Shown here: one piece after another, positions 17,935 through 26,924 of the stretch
How the letters are laid out: each line of letters opens with the position of its first letter
Position numbering within the stretch: the stretch's first letter is position 1
Assembly (NCBI GenBank): GCA_965246885.1
Contig: OZ251992.1
Location: 2,560,001-2,624,000 of the forward strand
Direction of reading: 5' to 3'
Origin: Abditibacterium sp.
Lineage (GTDB): Bacteria; Armatimonadota; Abditibacteriia; Abditibacteriales; Abditibacteriaceae
DNA: 64,000 nt
Position numbers and translations under genes: made by a program
Notes under the pieces: model-generated
Seen by the model: only the letters and a program-made list of their open reading frames with translations
Database searches by the model: none
What the model was told of the DNA's origin: nothing

Positions 17935-19137
17935 TTACTGCAAAGAAACCAGAATGGGGATAAGCCCCTGACCGTCGGGCAAACCGCGCAAGGCTTTCCC
18001 GACGACGGCACCGAAGGCTTGAACCGGATCACCGGCTTTCATGGCGTGTCCGGGCGTGTCGGAGGTCGTGAGCAAGTCGCCCGCTTCGATGGCGCCGTAG
18101 CGCGCGTCGGCTTTGCAAAAGACCTTACCCATCAAGGCGACGGGCTTGCGCGGGCGTCCTGTCGGCCTCTTGTCGAGAATCAGCCCCGGTTTGTAGTCGC
18201 CCGCGCCGGAAATGACGCCCGCCACGCGCTTGTCATACGCTTTCTGGCTCAGTTGCAGCGCGCCCTCATCGCACAGCACCATGACCGTGCCCGCCTCGAT
18301 GGTTTCGGCGTCCACGATGTCGAAATCTTCGGCGCAGTCGGCGTTGAGCAAGCGAATGTCGCCCGTCACTTCCACATCGCCGTCGAAAAAACCGGCCCTG
18401 CCACCCTTCCCGCTTTCAGCGTGGAGCGCAGTCCCGGTGTCGCTGTGAGCCAACACTCCGGTATGATCGACGCTAGTCCCCAAAACTCCTATGCCATTGC
18501 CAGCGATCCCACGCACACCGGCGCCTGTTTTTGAGAAGCCGTAAACGCCCGTTTTCGTGTCACTGTCGCCCTTAACGCCAGCACCGTTGGCACTGATTCC
18601 ATATATGCCGATGCCGCGACCAGTGGATGCGGTGATTATTCCTATTTTGTGATTTCCGGCCATATATTCATCTGTAAGATTGGCGAGATCAACAAAGATT
18701 GGGGTAGAAGTTCCAGTTGCTTGTTGTAAATGTTCCTGTTGCGCCCGCGCCACTTTGCTAAGCGGCGTGATGGCGGGCAACAGCAACATCAATCCGCCCG
18801 CCATGACCATCTTCTGAATCATCGCGCGGCGCGAATCGTCGCCCGCACCGACCGGGCGCTCTACCGGGCTACTGAGCAAGCGCGCTTTGTCGAGGGTGTC
18901 CAGCGACAGCCAGACCAACTCCTCGTCCAAGGGCTGTTGCAATTCTTCCGACAACAAGCGCGTGGTCTCGGCGATGGTTTGCTCCCCGTCGCAACGACGC
19001 CACACCCACGCCGCCGTCGCGTTGAGACGGTGCGCGCAGAAGTGCTTGGCATCGTAAACCAGCAACCCCTCATCCAGTTGCTCCATGAACAACTCGTCCT
19101 GCCGCGCTTGCGGCAACTTCCCGATTTCGTTTTTCAT
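17935..19137 (-). CDS. PqqD/RRE domain - internal Tat-like signal - Gly-repeat - intramolecular-chaperone-like fusion protein
   Basis: N-terminal ELFMEQLDEGLLVYD...LNATAAWVWRRCDGEQT (PqqD-like); SRRAMIQK + hydrophobic stretch + ARA; G.GV.G.S repeats; C-terminal ADCAEDF...GVISGA...VALMGKVFCK...GDLLTTS...VVGKAL. Confidence 0.7.
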   Translation of the reverse strand: MKNEIGKLPQARQDELFMEQLDEGLLVYDAKHFCAHRLNATAAWVWRRCDGEQTIAETTRLLSEELQQPLDEELVWLSLDTLDKARLLSSPVERPVGAGDDSRRAMIQKMVMAGGLMLLLPAITPLSKVARAQQEHLQQATGTSTPIFVDLANLTDEYMAGNHKIGIITASTGRGIGIYGISANGAGVKGDSDTKTGVYGFSKTGAGVRGIAGNGIGVLGTSVDHTGVLAHSDTGTALHAESGKGGRAGFFDGDVEVTGDIRLLNADCAEDFDIVDAETIEAGTVMVLCDEGALQLSQKAYDKRVAGVISGAGDYKPGLILDKRPTGRPRKPVALMGKVFCKADARYGAIEAGDLLTTSDTPGHAMKAGDPVQAFGAVVGKALRGLPDGQGLIPILVSLQ

Positions 19138-19221
19138 AGCGACTCTACAAAATTGAACTACGCGCGTTATTCTACTCCATTTTCTTATCTCAGTGCAAGA
19201 GGATAAAAAAGGGGCGTCCCC

Positions 19222-20637
19222 TCACAGCACCGTCAGGTATCTGTCCAACTCGTATTGATGCACTTGCGCGCGGTAGGCTTCCCATTCGAGCTTCTTGTTC
19301 GCCAGAAATTTGTCGAACAGGTGGTCGCCTAAGACGCGGCGGGCGAGTTCCGATTCCTTGGCGGCGGCGATAGCTTCATTAAGGTCGGAAGGCAACACCT
19401 GCGCGGTGTCGGTCATTTCGGCGGGCAGTTCGTAGCCGTTCTTGATGCCTTCCAAACCCGCCGCGAGGAGAAGCGCGAAGACGAGGTAGGGGTTGCATGC
19501 GGCGTCGGGGGAGCGCAGTTCGACGCGGCGCGAGCTTTCCCGACCCGGCTTGAAACTGGGCACGCGCACCAGATCGGCACGGTTCTTTTGCGCCCACGTC
19601 ACGCGGGTGGGCGCTTCAAAGCCGGGGACGATGCGCTTGTAGGAGTTGACCCACTGGTTGGTAAACAGCGTCAGTTCGCGGGCGTGGCGGAGCAGTCCGG
19701 CAGTGAAGCCACGTGCGAGGGGAGACAAAGAGTCAGGGTCTTTGGCGTCGTAAAAGGCGTTCTTGCCCTTTTTGAACAGGCTCATGTTGATGTGCATCCC
19801 CGACCCGTTGTGGCCCGCCAAGGGCTTGGGCATGAAGGTGGCGAAGCAGCCGTTTTCGGCGGCGATTTCTTTGACGACGAGCCGGAAGGTCATCATGTTG
19901 TCGGCCATCGTGAGCGCGTCGGTATAACGCAGGTCTATTTCGTGTTGCGAGGGCGCGGCTTCGTGGTGGCTCGATTCGACGCCGATGTCCATCTTCTCTA
20001 AGGTGAGCGCGGTTTTGCGGCGCAGGGGCGAGGCGACATCGCTCGAAGTGAGGTCGAAGTAGCCGCCTTGGTCGAGGGGCATGGGTTTGACGACGGCGCC
20101 ATCTTCGATGGATTTGAAGTAGAAGAACTCGACTTCCGGCCCGACGTAAAAGGTGTAGCCGAGCGCGGCGGCGTCGCGCAGTTGGCGCTGGAGGATGTGG
20201 CGCGGGTCGGTGTCGGCGGGCGTGCCATCGGGCAAGCGGATGTCGCAAAAGATGCGCGCGACGGCGCCTTCGGCTGAGCCAAACGGCAGAAGGGTAAAGG
20301 TGTTGGGGTCGGGGAAGGCGATCATGTCGCTTTCGTCCTCGCGGGCGAAGCCCTCGATGGCGGCGCCGTCGAAAGTGACGCCTTCTTCGAGGGCGGTTTC
20401 CAATTCTTCGGCGATGATGGCGACGCTTTTGAGGGTGCCAAGGATGTCGGTGAACCACAAGCGCACGAATTTCACGTCGCGCTCTTGGGCGACGCGTAAG
20501 ACGTATTCGATGTTTTTGTGGTCGTCTTTGCCGGAGTTTCTGGGAGGGCGCATGGGTGGGACGGAATCGGCTTCGGGCGCGGACAGCGCGTCGGAAGCGG
20601 CGGAATCGGGAGAGAGTTCGGAGTAATCGGGCGACAT
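19222..20637 (-). CDS. glnA: Glutamine synthetase type I
   Basis: VKFVRLWFTDILG, FDGAAIEGF, GPEVEFF, HHEAAPSQHEI, ATFMPKP, NGSGMH, NSYKR, ELRSPD..CNPY. Confidence 0.95.
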   Translation of the reverse strand: MSPDYSELSPDSAASDALSAPEADSVPPMRPPRNSGKDDHKNIEYVLRVAQERDVKFVRLWFTDILGTLKSVAIIAEELETALEEGVTFDGAAIEGFAREDESDMIAFPDPNTFTLLPFGSAEGAVARIFCDIRLPDGTPADTDPRHILQRQLRDAAALGYTFYVGPEVEFFYFKSIEDGAVVKPMPLDQGGYFDLTSSDVASPLRRKTALTLEKMDIGVESSHHEAAPSQHEIDLRYTDALTMADNMMTFRLVVKEIAAENGCFATFMPKPLAGHNGSGMHINMSLFKKGKNAFYDAKDPDSLSPLARGFTAGLLRHARELTLFTNQWVNSYKRIVPGFEAPTRVTWAQKNRADLVRVPSFKPGRESSRRVELRSPDAACNPYLVFALLLAAGLEGIKNGYELPAEMTDTAQVLPSDLNEAIAAAKESELARRVLGDHLFDKFLANKKLEWEAYRAQVHQYELDRYLTVL

Positions 20638-20653
20638 GGCGCCTTCATAGACG

Positions 20654-20702
20654 AAAATTGGCGGGCCGGTTGCCCCATCGGGGAAGCCGACCCGCCAATT
20701 TG
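20654..20702 (-). terminator. Long hairpin between the porin-like gene and glnA (terminator/attenuator-like)
   Basis: aattggcggg-ccggttgccccatcggggaagccga-cccgccaatt; followed by TTTT on the minus strand. Confidence 0.5.
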
Positions 20703-20724
20703 CTTGGTCGGGGCGCGGAGCGCG

Positions 20725-21588
20725 TTATGGGGTGGCGGGCACGGGCGCGGGGCCGCCGTTGCTGGCGGGCGTCTTGGCGTCGCCACCCGTCGCAGGCGCC
20801 GGGTTGGAGTTACCCGCCGAGGGCGCGGCGCGGTTGAAGTCGAAGTTGTAGGCGAAAGCCAAATAAATCTGGTCTTTCACTGCCGCTTGACGGTTGTTCA
20901 AGCGGAAGTAACCCAAGCCAAACGAGGCTTTGTCGTTTACGCTGTAGTAAATGGTCGGCTGAATGCCCGCAAAGCCGCTCTTACCCGAATAATAGTCGGT
21001 GACGAACTGCAATTTGGGCGTGATCAAGCGGTCGTAGCCCAACTGCAGCGACGACCGACCCGGAGCAGTCGTCACGCCCGCCGCGCTGGTGGTGTTGAAC
21101 AACCCTTTGGTTAATCCGTAAGCGTAGCCAAGGTGAAAGCGCCCGATTTTGTTGACGTTCTTCGAGCCGAGCAGGTACACGTAGTTCGGGTTGGCGGACG
21201 AACTGCCCAAATCCCAGCCGCCCGCAACCACGCGAATTTGCTGCTTGTCATCGTTGAACAGCTGCGTTTTGGCGTTGAAGAAGATGCGGTTGGTGAATTT
21301 GATAGCGCCAGCCGACGAGAAGTTGTAGTCGTAGCCGACCTCAGAGCGCCCCAACACGCCCGTTTTGTCGGGGCCGATGCCGTAGGTAAGGCCCTGCGTG
21401 GGCAACACTTCGGTTTTGAAGTTGGTGCTACCATAGGAGTCCACGTCAACGTGGATGTTGCCCTTGGAGTAGATGTCAGTCGAAGGGTAGGCGCCCAGCG
21501 ACGACGGCAGAGCATGCGCGGGGCGCGACGCGAGAGTGGTGGCGCCAACGGCCACGAGGCCCAAGGCCAAAAGTTGTGTGTTTTTCAT
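20725..21588 (-). CDS. Exported outer-membrane beta-barrel-like protein
   Basis: Signal peptide MKNTQLLALGLVAVGATTLASRPAHA; alternating aromatic/Gly strands (EVGYDYNF, FHLGYAYG, LQLGYDR, FGLGYFR, YLAFAYNFDF); Pro/Ala tail. Confidence 0.6.
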   Translation of the reverse strand: MKNTQLLALGLVAVGATTLASRPAHALPSSLGAYPSTDIYSKGNIHVDVDSYGSTNFKTEVLPTQGLTYGIGPDKTGVLGRSEVGYDYNFSSAGAIKFTNRIFFNAKTQLFNDDKQQIRVVAGGWDLGSSSANPNYVYLLGSKNVNKIGRFHLGYAYGLTKGLFNTTSAAGVTTAPGRSSLQLGYDRLITPKLQFVTDYYSGKSGFAGIQPTIYYSVNDKASFGLGYFRLNNRQAAVKDQIYLAFAYNFDFNRAAPSAGNSNPAPATGGDAKTPASNGGPAPVPATP

Positions 21589-21846
21589 CGGTGAAAGAAA
21601 CCGGGAGCGCCCGCCTCGCCCGTTGCCCTCGTCATTCATGCTTCCGAAGGAAACTCGCGGTGTGTCCATGTTGCCACCACAAGCGGTTGGGATGCTGCGA
21701 ACAAAGAAAGCGAAGCGCGCGGCGGTGCGACGCAAGCGAATTTAGCCGCCGATTGTTTCAAACATATTAACCTCGCGTAAAGAGTGCGCAGCGAACGCGT
21801 ATAAACCGCGCGACGCGCCCCGCCGGAAGCGTCAAACTGCCCCGTT

Positions 21847-22602
21847 ATGTCCGTTGAACCACTTGCTGCATTGCTCGAATTATCGCACGAACTGGGGCGC
21901 GAGGAACGCCGCTTCGCCATTTTGGGCGAGGGCAACACCTCCTGCGACATGGAAAACGGCCTCTTCGCCGTCAAAGCCTCCGGCTCGTCGCTTGGCACCC
22001 TCAACCGCGCGGGCGTCGCCATCTGCCACGTCGCGCCGGTGCTCGATTTGTTCGCCACTCCCGACGCAAGCGACGACGACATTGAGCGCACCCTGCTCGA
22101 TTCGCGCGAGTCCGACGCCGAGCGCAAACCCTCGACCGAAGCCCTCTTCCACGCTTATTTATTGTCGCTCGACGGCGTGAGTTACGTTGGTCACACCCAT
22201 CCCGAAGCCGTCAACGCCCTGCTCGCCTCGCCCCACGCCGCCGACTACGCCGCCAAGCGTTTGTTCCCCGATCAAGTCGTCTGCTGTGGCACCCATTCGC
22301 CGCTCGTGCCCTACGTCCACCCCGGCGTCCCGCTCGCCCTCGCCATCAAGAGCGCCGTCGAAGCCCATCTTCAAAAGTTCGGCGAAGTCCCGCGCTTGGT
22401 GCTCCTGCGCAATCACGGCCTCATCGCCTTGGGAAAAACCCCCGCCGCCGTCCTCGCCGCCACCCTCATGGCCGAAAAAGCCGCCCGCATCTTCCTCGGC
22501 GCAGCCAGCGTCGGCGGCCCCGTCTTCATGGACGACGCCAACGTCGCCCGCATCGCAGGCTGGAACGCCGAACACTATCGGCAGAAGGTGTTGGGGCTGT
22601 GA
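21847..22602 (+). CDS. Class II aldolase/adducin family protein
   Basis: GEGNTS, VKASG, KPSTEALFH, GHTHP, LLRNHGLI. Confidence 0.9.
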   Translation: MSVEPLAALLELSHELGREERRFAILGEGNTSCDMENGLFAVKASGSSLGTLNRAGVAICHVAPVLDLFATPDASDDDIERTLLDSRESDAERKPSTEALFHAYLLSLDGVSYVGHTHPEAVNALLASPHAADYAAKRLFPDQVVCCGTHSPLVPYVHPGVPLALAIKSAVEAHLQKFGEVPRLVLLRNHGLIALGKTPAAVLAATLMAEKAARIFLGAASVGGPVFMDDANVARIAGWNAEHYRQKVLGL

Positions 22603-22622
22603 ACCTTTTGGGGCCTTTCTCA

Positions 22623-22766
22623 AGTTCACCTCAGGCCCAGCGACTGAAGTCGCGGCAACATACAGCAAAACCTCCCTGCGGAGGCTTTCGCTTTCGGAGT
22701 GCAGTCGGCGTAGGCCGACTTTGCTGTATGTTGCCGCGACTTCAGTCGCTGGGCCTGAGGTGAACT
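22623..22766. repeat. Palindromic REP/MITE-like element with 47-bp perfect inverted arms
   Basis: Arm agttcacctcaggcccagcgactgaagtcgcggcaacatacagcaaa (22623-22669) and its exact reverse complement (22720-22766); spacer holds two small hairpins. Confidence 0.9.
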
Positions 22767-23984
22767 CTACTGAAAGCGCAACGCTTCTATCGGGTCGAGT
22801 TCTGCGGCTTTGGAGGCGGGATACAGGCCGAAGAAGATGCCAATCGCGGCGCTGACGAGGAAGCCCGTGAGCGCCCAACCGGGAGAGACGGCGGCGGGGA
22901 AGCCGAAGGCCCAGTTGACGAGCGCCGAAAGAATGACCCCGGTGATGATGGCGCCTACCCCGCCGATGAGCGAAAGTGTCGTGGCTTCGACCAGAAACTG
23001 GAGCTTGATGTCCCGCTTGCGGGCGCCTAACGCTTTGCGGATACCGATTTCCCGCGTGCGCTCCGTGACCGACACCAGCATGATGTTCATGATGCCAATG
23101 CCGCCCACGAGCAGGGCGATGGCGGCTATGCCCGATAGCAAACTTGTCAGCAACACCGACACTTTGCCGCCCAAGCTCATTAACTGTTGCTGCGTCAGCA
23201 CCTGAAAGTCGTCTTTGTCCGTCCGTTTGAGGCGGTGATTGGCGCGCAACACCTTGGTGATTTGCGCTTTCGCGGCGTCGGCGGCGCCTTCGGAGCGCAG
23301 TTGCCCATGAATCTCCGACAAGTCGCGCGCCCCGAAGACTGTGCGCATCCCCGTCAAGAGCGGCACGAAAGCGTAGCCGTCGAGGTCTTCAAACAGCGCG
23401 GCGCCCTTGGGTTTGAGGACGCCAATGACCCGAAAGCCGATGCCCGCGAGCCGAATTTGGCGCCCGACCATCGCCCGCGCGTCCACGTTTTTCCCGAACA
23501 GCTTGGTGCCCAGCTTCGCGCCCAGCACCACCACTTTGCGCCGCGCCGTGACATCGCGCATGGTGTAGAGTTTTCCGGCACCGATGGACAAATCGCGGAT
23601 GGCGAAGTAGTCGGGAATCGAATTATTGACCTGCGCTTGCGTCCCTTTGCGCCCCGCTTTGACGCGCGCGTTTCCGGTGAAGCCCGGCGCGACACGCAGC
23701 AACGCAGGGCACCCTTTGGCCAAATCCTGCGCGTCCTTGAGCGACAGCTTCGGCGGGTCGCCCGCCGCTTTGCCCTCGGTGTCTTGCGAAGAGAAGATGA
23801 CGACGGTGTTCGAGCCGAGCGTCTGGATGGTCTGCAAAATCTTCGTGCGCGAGCCTTGGCCAATGGCCGTCCCCAAAATCACCGCGAGGACGCCGATGAA
23901 GATGCCCAGCACCGTCAAACTCGCGCGCAACTTGTTGGACATGATGCCGCGCAGGGCGATGGAGAAGTTCTCAAGCAGTGGCAT
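22767..23984 (-). CDS. MacB-type ABC transporter permease (FtsX-like)
   Basis: NKLRASLTVLGIFIGV, GGIGIMNIMLVSVTERTREIGIRKALGA, YPASKAAELDPIEALR. Confidence 0.93.
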   Translation of the reverse strand: MPLLENFSIALRGIMSNKLRASLTVLGIFIGVLAVILGTAIGQGSRTKILQTIQTLGSNTVVIFSSQDTEGKAAGDPPKLSLKDAQDLAKGCPALLRVAPGFTGNARVKAGRKGTQAQVNNSIPDYFAIRDLSIGAGKLYTMRDVTARRKVVVLGAKLGTKLFGKNVDARAMVGRQIRLAGIGFRVIGVLKPKGAALFEDLDGYAFVPLLTGMRTVFGARDLSEIHGQLRSEGAADAAKAQITKVLRANHRLKRTDKDDFQVLTQQQLMSLGGKVSVLLTSLLSGIAAIALLVGGIGIMNIMLVSVTERTREIGIRKALGARKRDIKLQFLVEATTLSLIGGVGAIITGVILSALVNWAFGFPAAVSPGWALTGFLVSAAIGIFFGLYPASKAAELDPIEALRFQ

Positions 23985-23990
23985 GGTGCG

Positions 23991-24734
23991 TCAAAACGTC
24001 GGCTCCTCCCCCATTTCCGCCAGCACTTCCCGCGCGTCCAATCGCTTGGCGACGGCGAAGTCCTCGGTCACAACGCCGTCCCGAAAGCGGACGATGCGAT
24101 CCGCGTGTCCGGCGATGTCCGCTTCGTGCGTGACCATGACGACGGTCTTTCCGGCTTCGTTGAGGCGCTGGAAAATCGCCATGATCTCCTCGCCCTGCCG
24201 GGAAGCCAGCGCCCCGGTCGGTTCGTCCGCGAGCAAAATGAGTGGGTCATTCACGAGCGCGCGCGCAATCGCCACGCGCTGCTGTTGGCCGCCCGACAGT
24301 TGGTTGGGCAAATGCCGACCCCGGTCGGATAAGCCCACCGCGTCCAGCGCGGCGAGTGCCCGTTGCCGCCGCGCGTCCGCTTTGGCGCCGCCGTAAAGGA
24401 GCGGAAGTTCGACGTTGGACAGCGCGGTTTCGCGGGAGAGAAGCATGAATTGTTGGAACACGAAGCCGATTTTGCGGTTGCGAATCGAAGCGAGAGCATC
24501 GTCATCGAGCGCCGCGACTTCCTGCCCGTCGAGCAAATAGGAGCCTTCGCTGGGCCGATCCAAACAGCCGATAATGTTCATCCACGTGGATTTGCCGCAC
24601 CCCGACGGCCCCATGATGGCGACAAACTCCCCCGCCGCGATGTCGAGTTTGACGCCGCGTAGGGCTTGAACAATCTCGTCGCCCATCTGATACGATTTGC
24701 GAAGGCCACGAACGGAAATAGCGAGAGCGGACAT
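23991..24734 (-). CDS. MacB/LolD-type ABC transporter ATP-binding protein
   Basis: [40 protein letters not shown]. Confidence 0.95.
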   Translation of the reverse strand: MSALAISVRGLRKSYQMGDEIVQALRGVKLDIAAGEFVAIMGPSGCGKSTWMNIIGCLDRPSEGSYLLDGQEVAALDDDALASIRNRKIGFVFQQFMLLSRETALSNVELPLLYGGAKADARRQRALAALDAVGLSDRGRHLPNQLSGGQQQRVAIARALVNDPLILLADEPTGALASRQGEEIMAIFQRLNEAGKTVVMVTHEADIAGHADRIVRFRDGVVTEDFAVAKRLDAREVLAEMGEEPTF

Positions 24735-24765
24735 GAGGTGGCGGAAGTAGTTTGGGCGCGGCGGC

Positions 24766-25018
24766 AGTTCGCGCGGCTCTTGCGGGAGTTCGCGCGGCTC
24801 TTGCGGGAGTTCGCGCGGCTCTTGCGGGAGTTCGCGCGGCTCTTGCGGGAGTTCGCGCGGCTCCCGCGTGAGTTCGCGCTGCTCCCGCGTGAGTTCGCGC
24901 GGCTCCCGCGTGAACTCACGCTGCTCCCGCGTGAACTCACGCTGCTCCCGCGTGAACTCACGCTGCTCCCGCGTGAGTTCGCGCTGCTCCCGCGCGAACT
25001 CACGCGGGAGCAGCGCGA
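24766..25018. repeat. 21-nt tandem repeat array (11 units) capped by an inverted copy
   Basis: agttcgcgcggctcttgcggg x4, then agttcgcgc(g/t)gctcccgcgtg and aactcacgctgctcccgcgtg variants; 24992-25018 is the reverse complement of the unit. Confidence 0.95.
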
Positions 25019-25040
25019 CGCTTATAGAAGGCGTTTTCTC

Positions 25041-26924
25041 TTAGTTGAACGGGTTGTCACCCCCTCCCGGCCCGGCGGCGGGCTTGTCGGACGAGGGCAG
25101 GACGAGGGTGTCTCCCTCCGCGATGCCGGACAGAACCTGCGCGCGTTCGTCGCCACGCGTGCCGACTTTGACCTCGACTTTCTGCTGGTTGGCGGGGTCG
25201 CCCGCCGCCTTGGAGGGGTCTTTGACGCGGGTGACGAAGGTGCGGTCGCCCTCTTCTTTGAGCGCGTCAACGGGAACGGATAGGGCGCTATCCCGCTTTT
25301 CTAACTCGAAGTCGCACGTCGTGTTGAGCGCGGGGCGCAGGCGCGGGTCGCTTTGCAGAATCTCGACTTGGACTTTGACGAAAGTGACGTTGTTTTCGAT
25401 TTGGGCGAGCGGAAAGACCTTGCGCACGCGGCCCCGGAAGGGGTGCTTCGGGTAGGCGTCGAGGGTGACTTGCACGCTCTGCCCCGCGTGGATGGCGCCG
25501 ATGTCGGCCTCGTCCACTTGCGCTTCAACGACGCGCAAACCGGTGTCGGCGAGTTGGACGATGCTCGTGCCGCCGGAAAAACCGCTTTCGCCGGATTGGA
25601 TGATGGCGCCCCTGTCCACATATTTTTGAAGCACAATGCCGTCGCGCGGCGCGACGACACGGGTTTGGGCGAGATTGCGCGCGCTTTGTTCCTCTTGTTG
25701 GAGCGACTTTTGGAGTTGCGCCGTTTGCGCCGCCACATCCGCGCGCCGCGCGGCGACAGTTCCACTCGCCGCCCGCGCGCTTTGGAGGGCCGCTTCGTTG
25801 GAGCGCAGTTGCGCTTCCTCGGACGCGACATCGCCCGCGCGTTGCTCGATGCTACGGGCGTTGGCGCGTGCGGTATCGAGACTGGCCTGCGCTTGTTCGA
25901 GCGCGCCACGAGCTTCTTCGACGGCGCGGGTTTTGAGGCGGTCTTGCACGCGGCCCGTTTGGGCTTGGAGCAGTGCGGCGCGCGCCGTCCCCACGCTCGC
26001 CCGCGCCGCTTCGACTTTGGCGCGCGCGTCGGCGCTTTGGGCGTCCTGCTCGGCTTTCAAGGTGTCGAGCCGCGACTGCGCGGCATCGAGCGCCGACTGC
26101 GCGACTTCGACGCTGTTTTGGGCGGCATCCACCGTGTTGGCCGCGACGTAGCCCTTGTCGAGCAACTGCTTTTGGCGGGCGAAGTTGCGCTTCGCCACGT
26201 CCAAATTGGAGCGCGCCGAGGCGAGATTGGACGCGGCGCTCGCGCGGTTTTGTGGGAACGTCGCGCGGAGCAAGCCGCGCAAGTTCTGCTCTGCGGACGC
26301 CAAATTCGCTTGGGACGACGCCAAGCCCGCGCGCGCCGAGGCAATGGACGCGCCGGTTAAGTCGGGCTGCGAGCGGGCTTCTTCCAAGGCGCTTTGCAGG
26401 CGCGATTGGGCGCTGCGGACTCCGGCCTGCGCTTGAACAATCGCCGCCCGCGCCGATTCGCGCCCTTGCCCAAGCGCCGAGCGCGCGTTGCGCACGCGAG
26501 CGCGACTGGCCGCGACCGCCTCGCTCGCTTGCCGGATTTGCGGGCCGAGTTGCGACGCGCTTTGGCCCGCATTGGCGCGGGCGCTTTGAAGCGCCGCTTG
26601 CGCCGCCGCGACGTCCGCCCGCGAACTGTTGAGCGAGGCGAGGTTGTCGCGGCGGTCAATGAGACAGATGAGTTGCCCGCGCTTCACCAAAGAGCCTTCC
26701 TCGACCGCGAGCGAGATGACCGTGCCGCCCGCTTTGGACTTCACGTCCACCGTCGAGAACGGCTGGATTTTGCCGGACGCCGACACGGTTTTCAACACCT
26801 CGGCGCGGCTGACCCGCGCCGTTTCGACTTTGGGGAAGACTGCTTTGCGGGGGCGAACAAGCCACGCCGCGCCCGCCATGCCAACGGCGGCGAGGAGAAT
26901 AAGTGGGCGGGAGGGGCGCTTCAT
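25041..26924 (-). CDS. Efflux periplasmic adaptor (MacA/HlyD-like) with very long coiled-coil hairpin
   Basis: VSASGKI..VDVKSKAGG, RVVAPRDGIV, VEAQVDEADIG, VKVGTRG. Confidence 0.9.
   Translation of the reverse strand: MKRPSRPLILLAAVGMAGAAWLVRPRKAVFPKVETARVSRAEVLKTVSASGKIQPFSTVDVKSKAGGTVISLAVEEGSLVKRGQLICLIDRRDNLASLNSSRADVAAAQAALQSARANAGQSASQLGPQIRQASEAVAASRARVRNARSALGQGRESARAAIVQAQAGVRSAQSRLQSALEEARSQPDLTGASIASARAGLASSQANLASAEQNLRGLLRATFPQNRASAASNLASARSNLDVAKRNFARQKQLLDKGYVAANTVDAAQNSVEVAQSALDAAQSRLDTLKAEQDAQSADARAKVEAARASVGTARAALLQAQTGRVQDRLKTRAVEEARGALEQAQASLDTARANARSIEQRAGDVASEEAQLRSNEAALQSARAASGTVAARRADVAAQTAQLQKSLQQEEQSARNLAQTRVVAPRDGIVLQKYVDRGAIIQSGESGFSGGTSIVQLADTGLRVVEAQVDEADIGAIHAGQSVQVTLDAYPKHPFRGRVRKVFPLAQIENNVTFVKVQVEILQSDPRLRPALNTTCDFELEKRDSALSVPVDALKEEGDRTFVTRVKDPSKAAGDPANQQKVEVKVGTRGDERAQVLSGIAEGDTLVLPSSDKPAAGPGGGDNPFN

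Noticed and set aside
20640..20724. Glutamine (glnA) riboswitch
   Set aside because: Only a single long hairpin is visible, with no recognisable three-way-junction consensus.
24766..25018. Possible CRISPR array
   Set aside because: Units are contiguous 21-mers without unique spacers, and no cas genes are in the window. The same applies to the arrays at 10531, 35849 and 52459.
24578..25283. Track ORFs with SSRGSSV / RLLREFA repeats
   Set aside because: They are by-products of a stop-free 21-nt repeat and overlap well-supported transporter genes.
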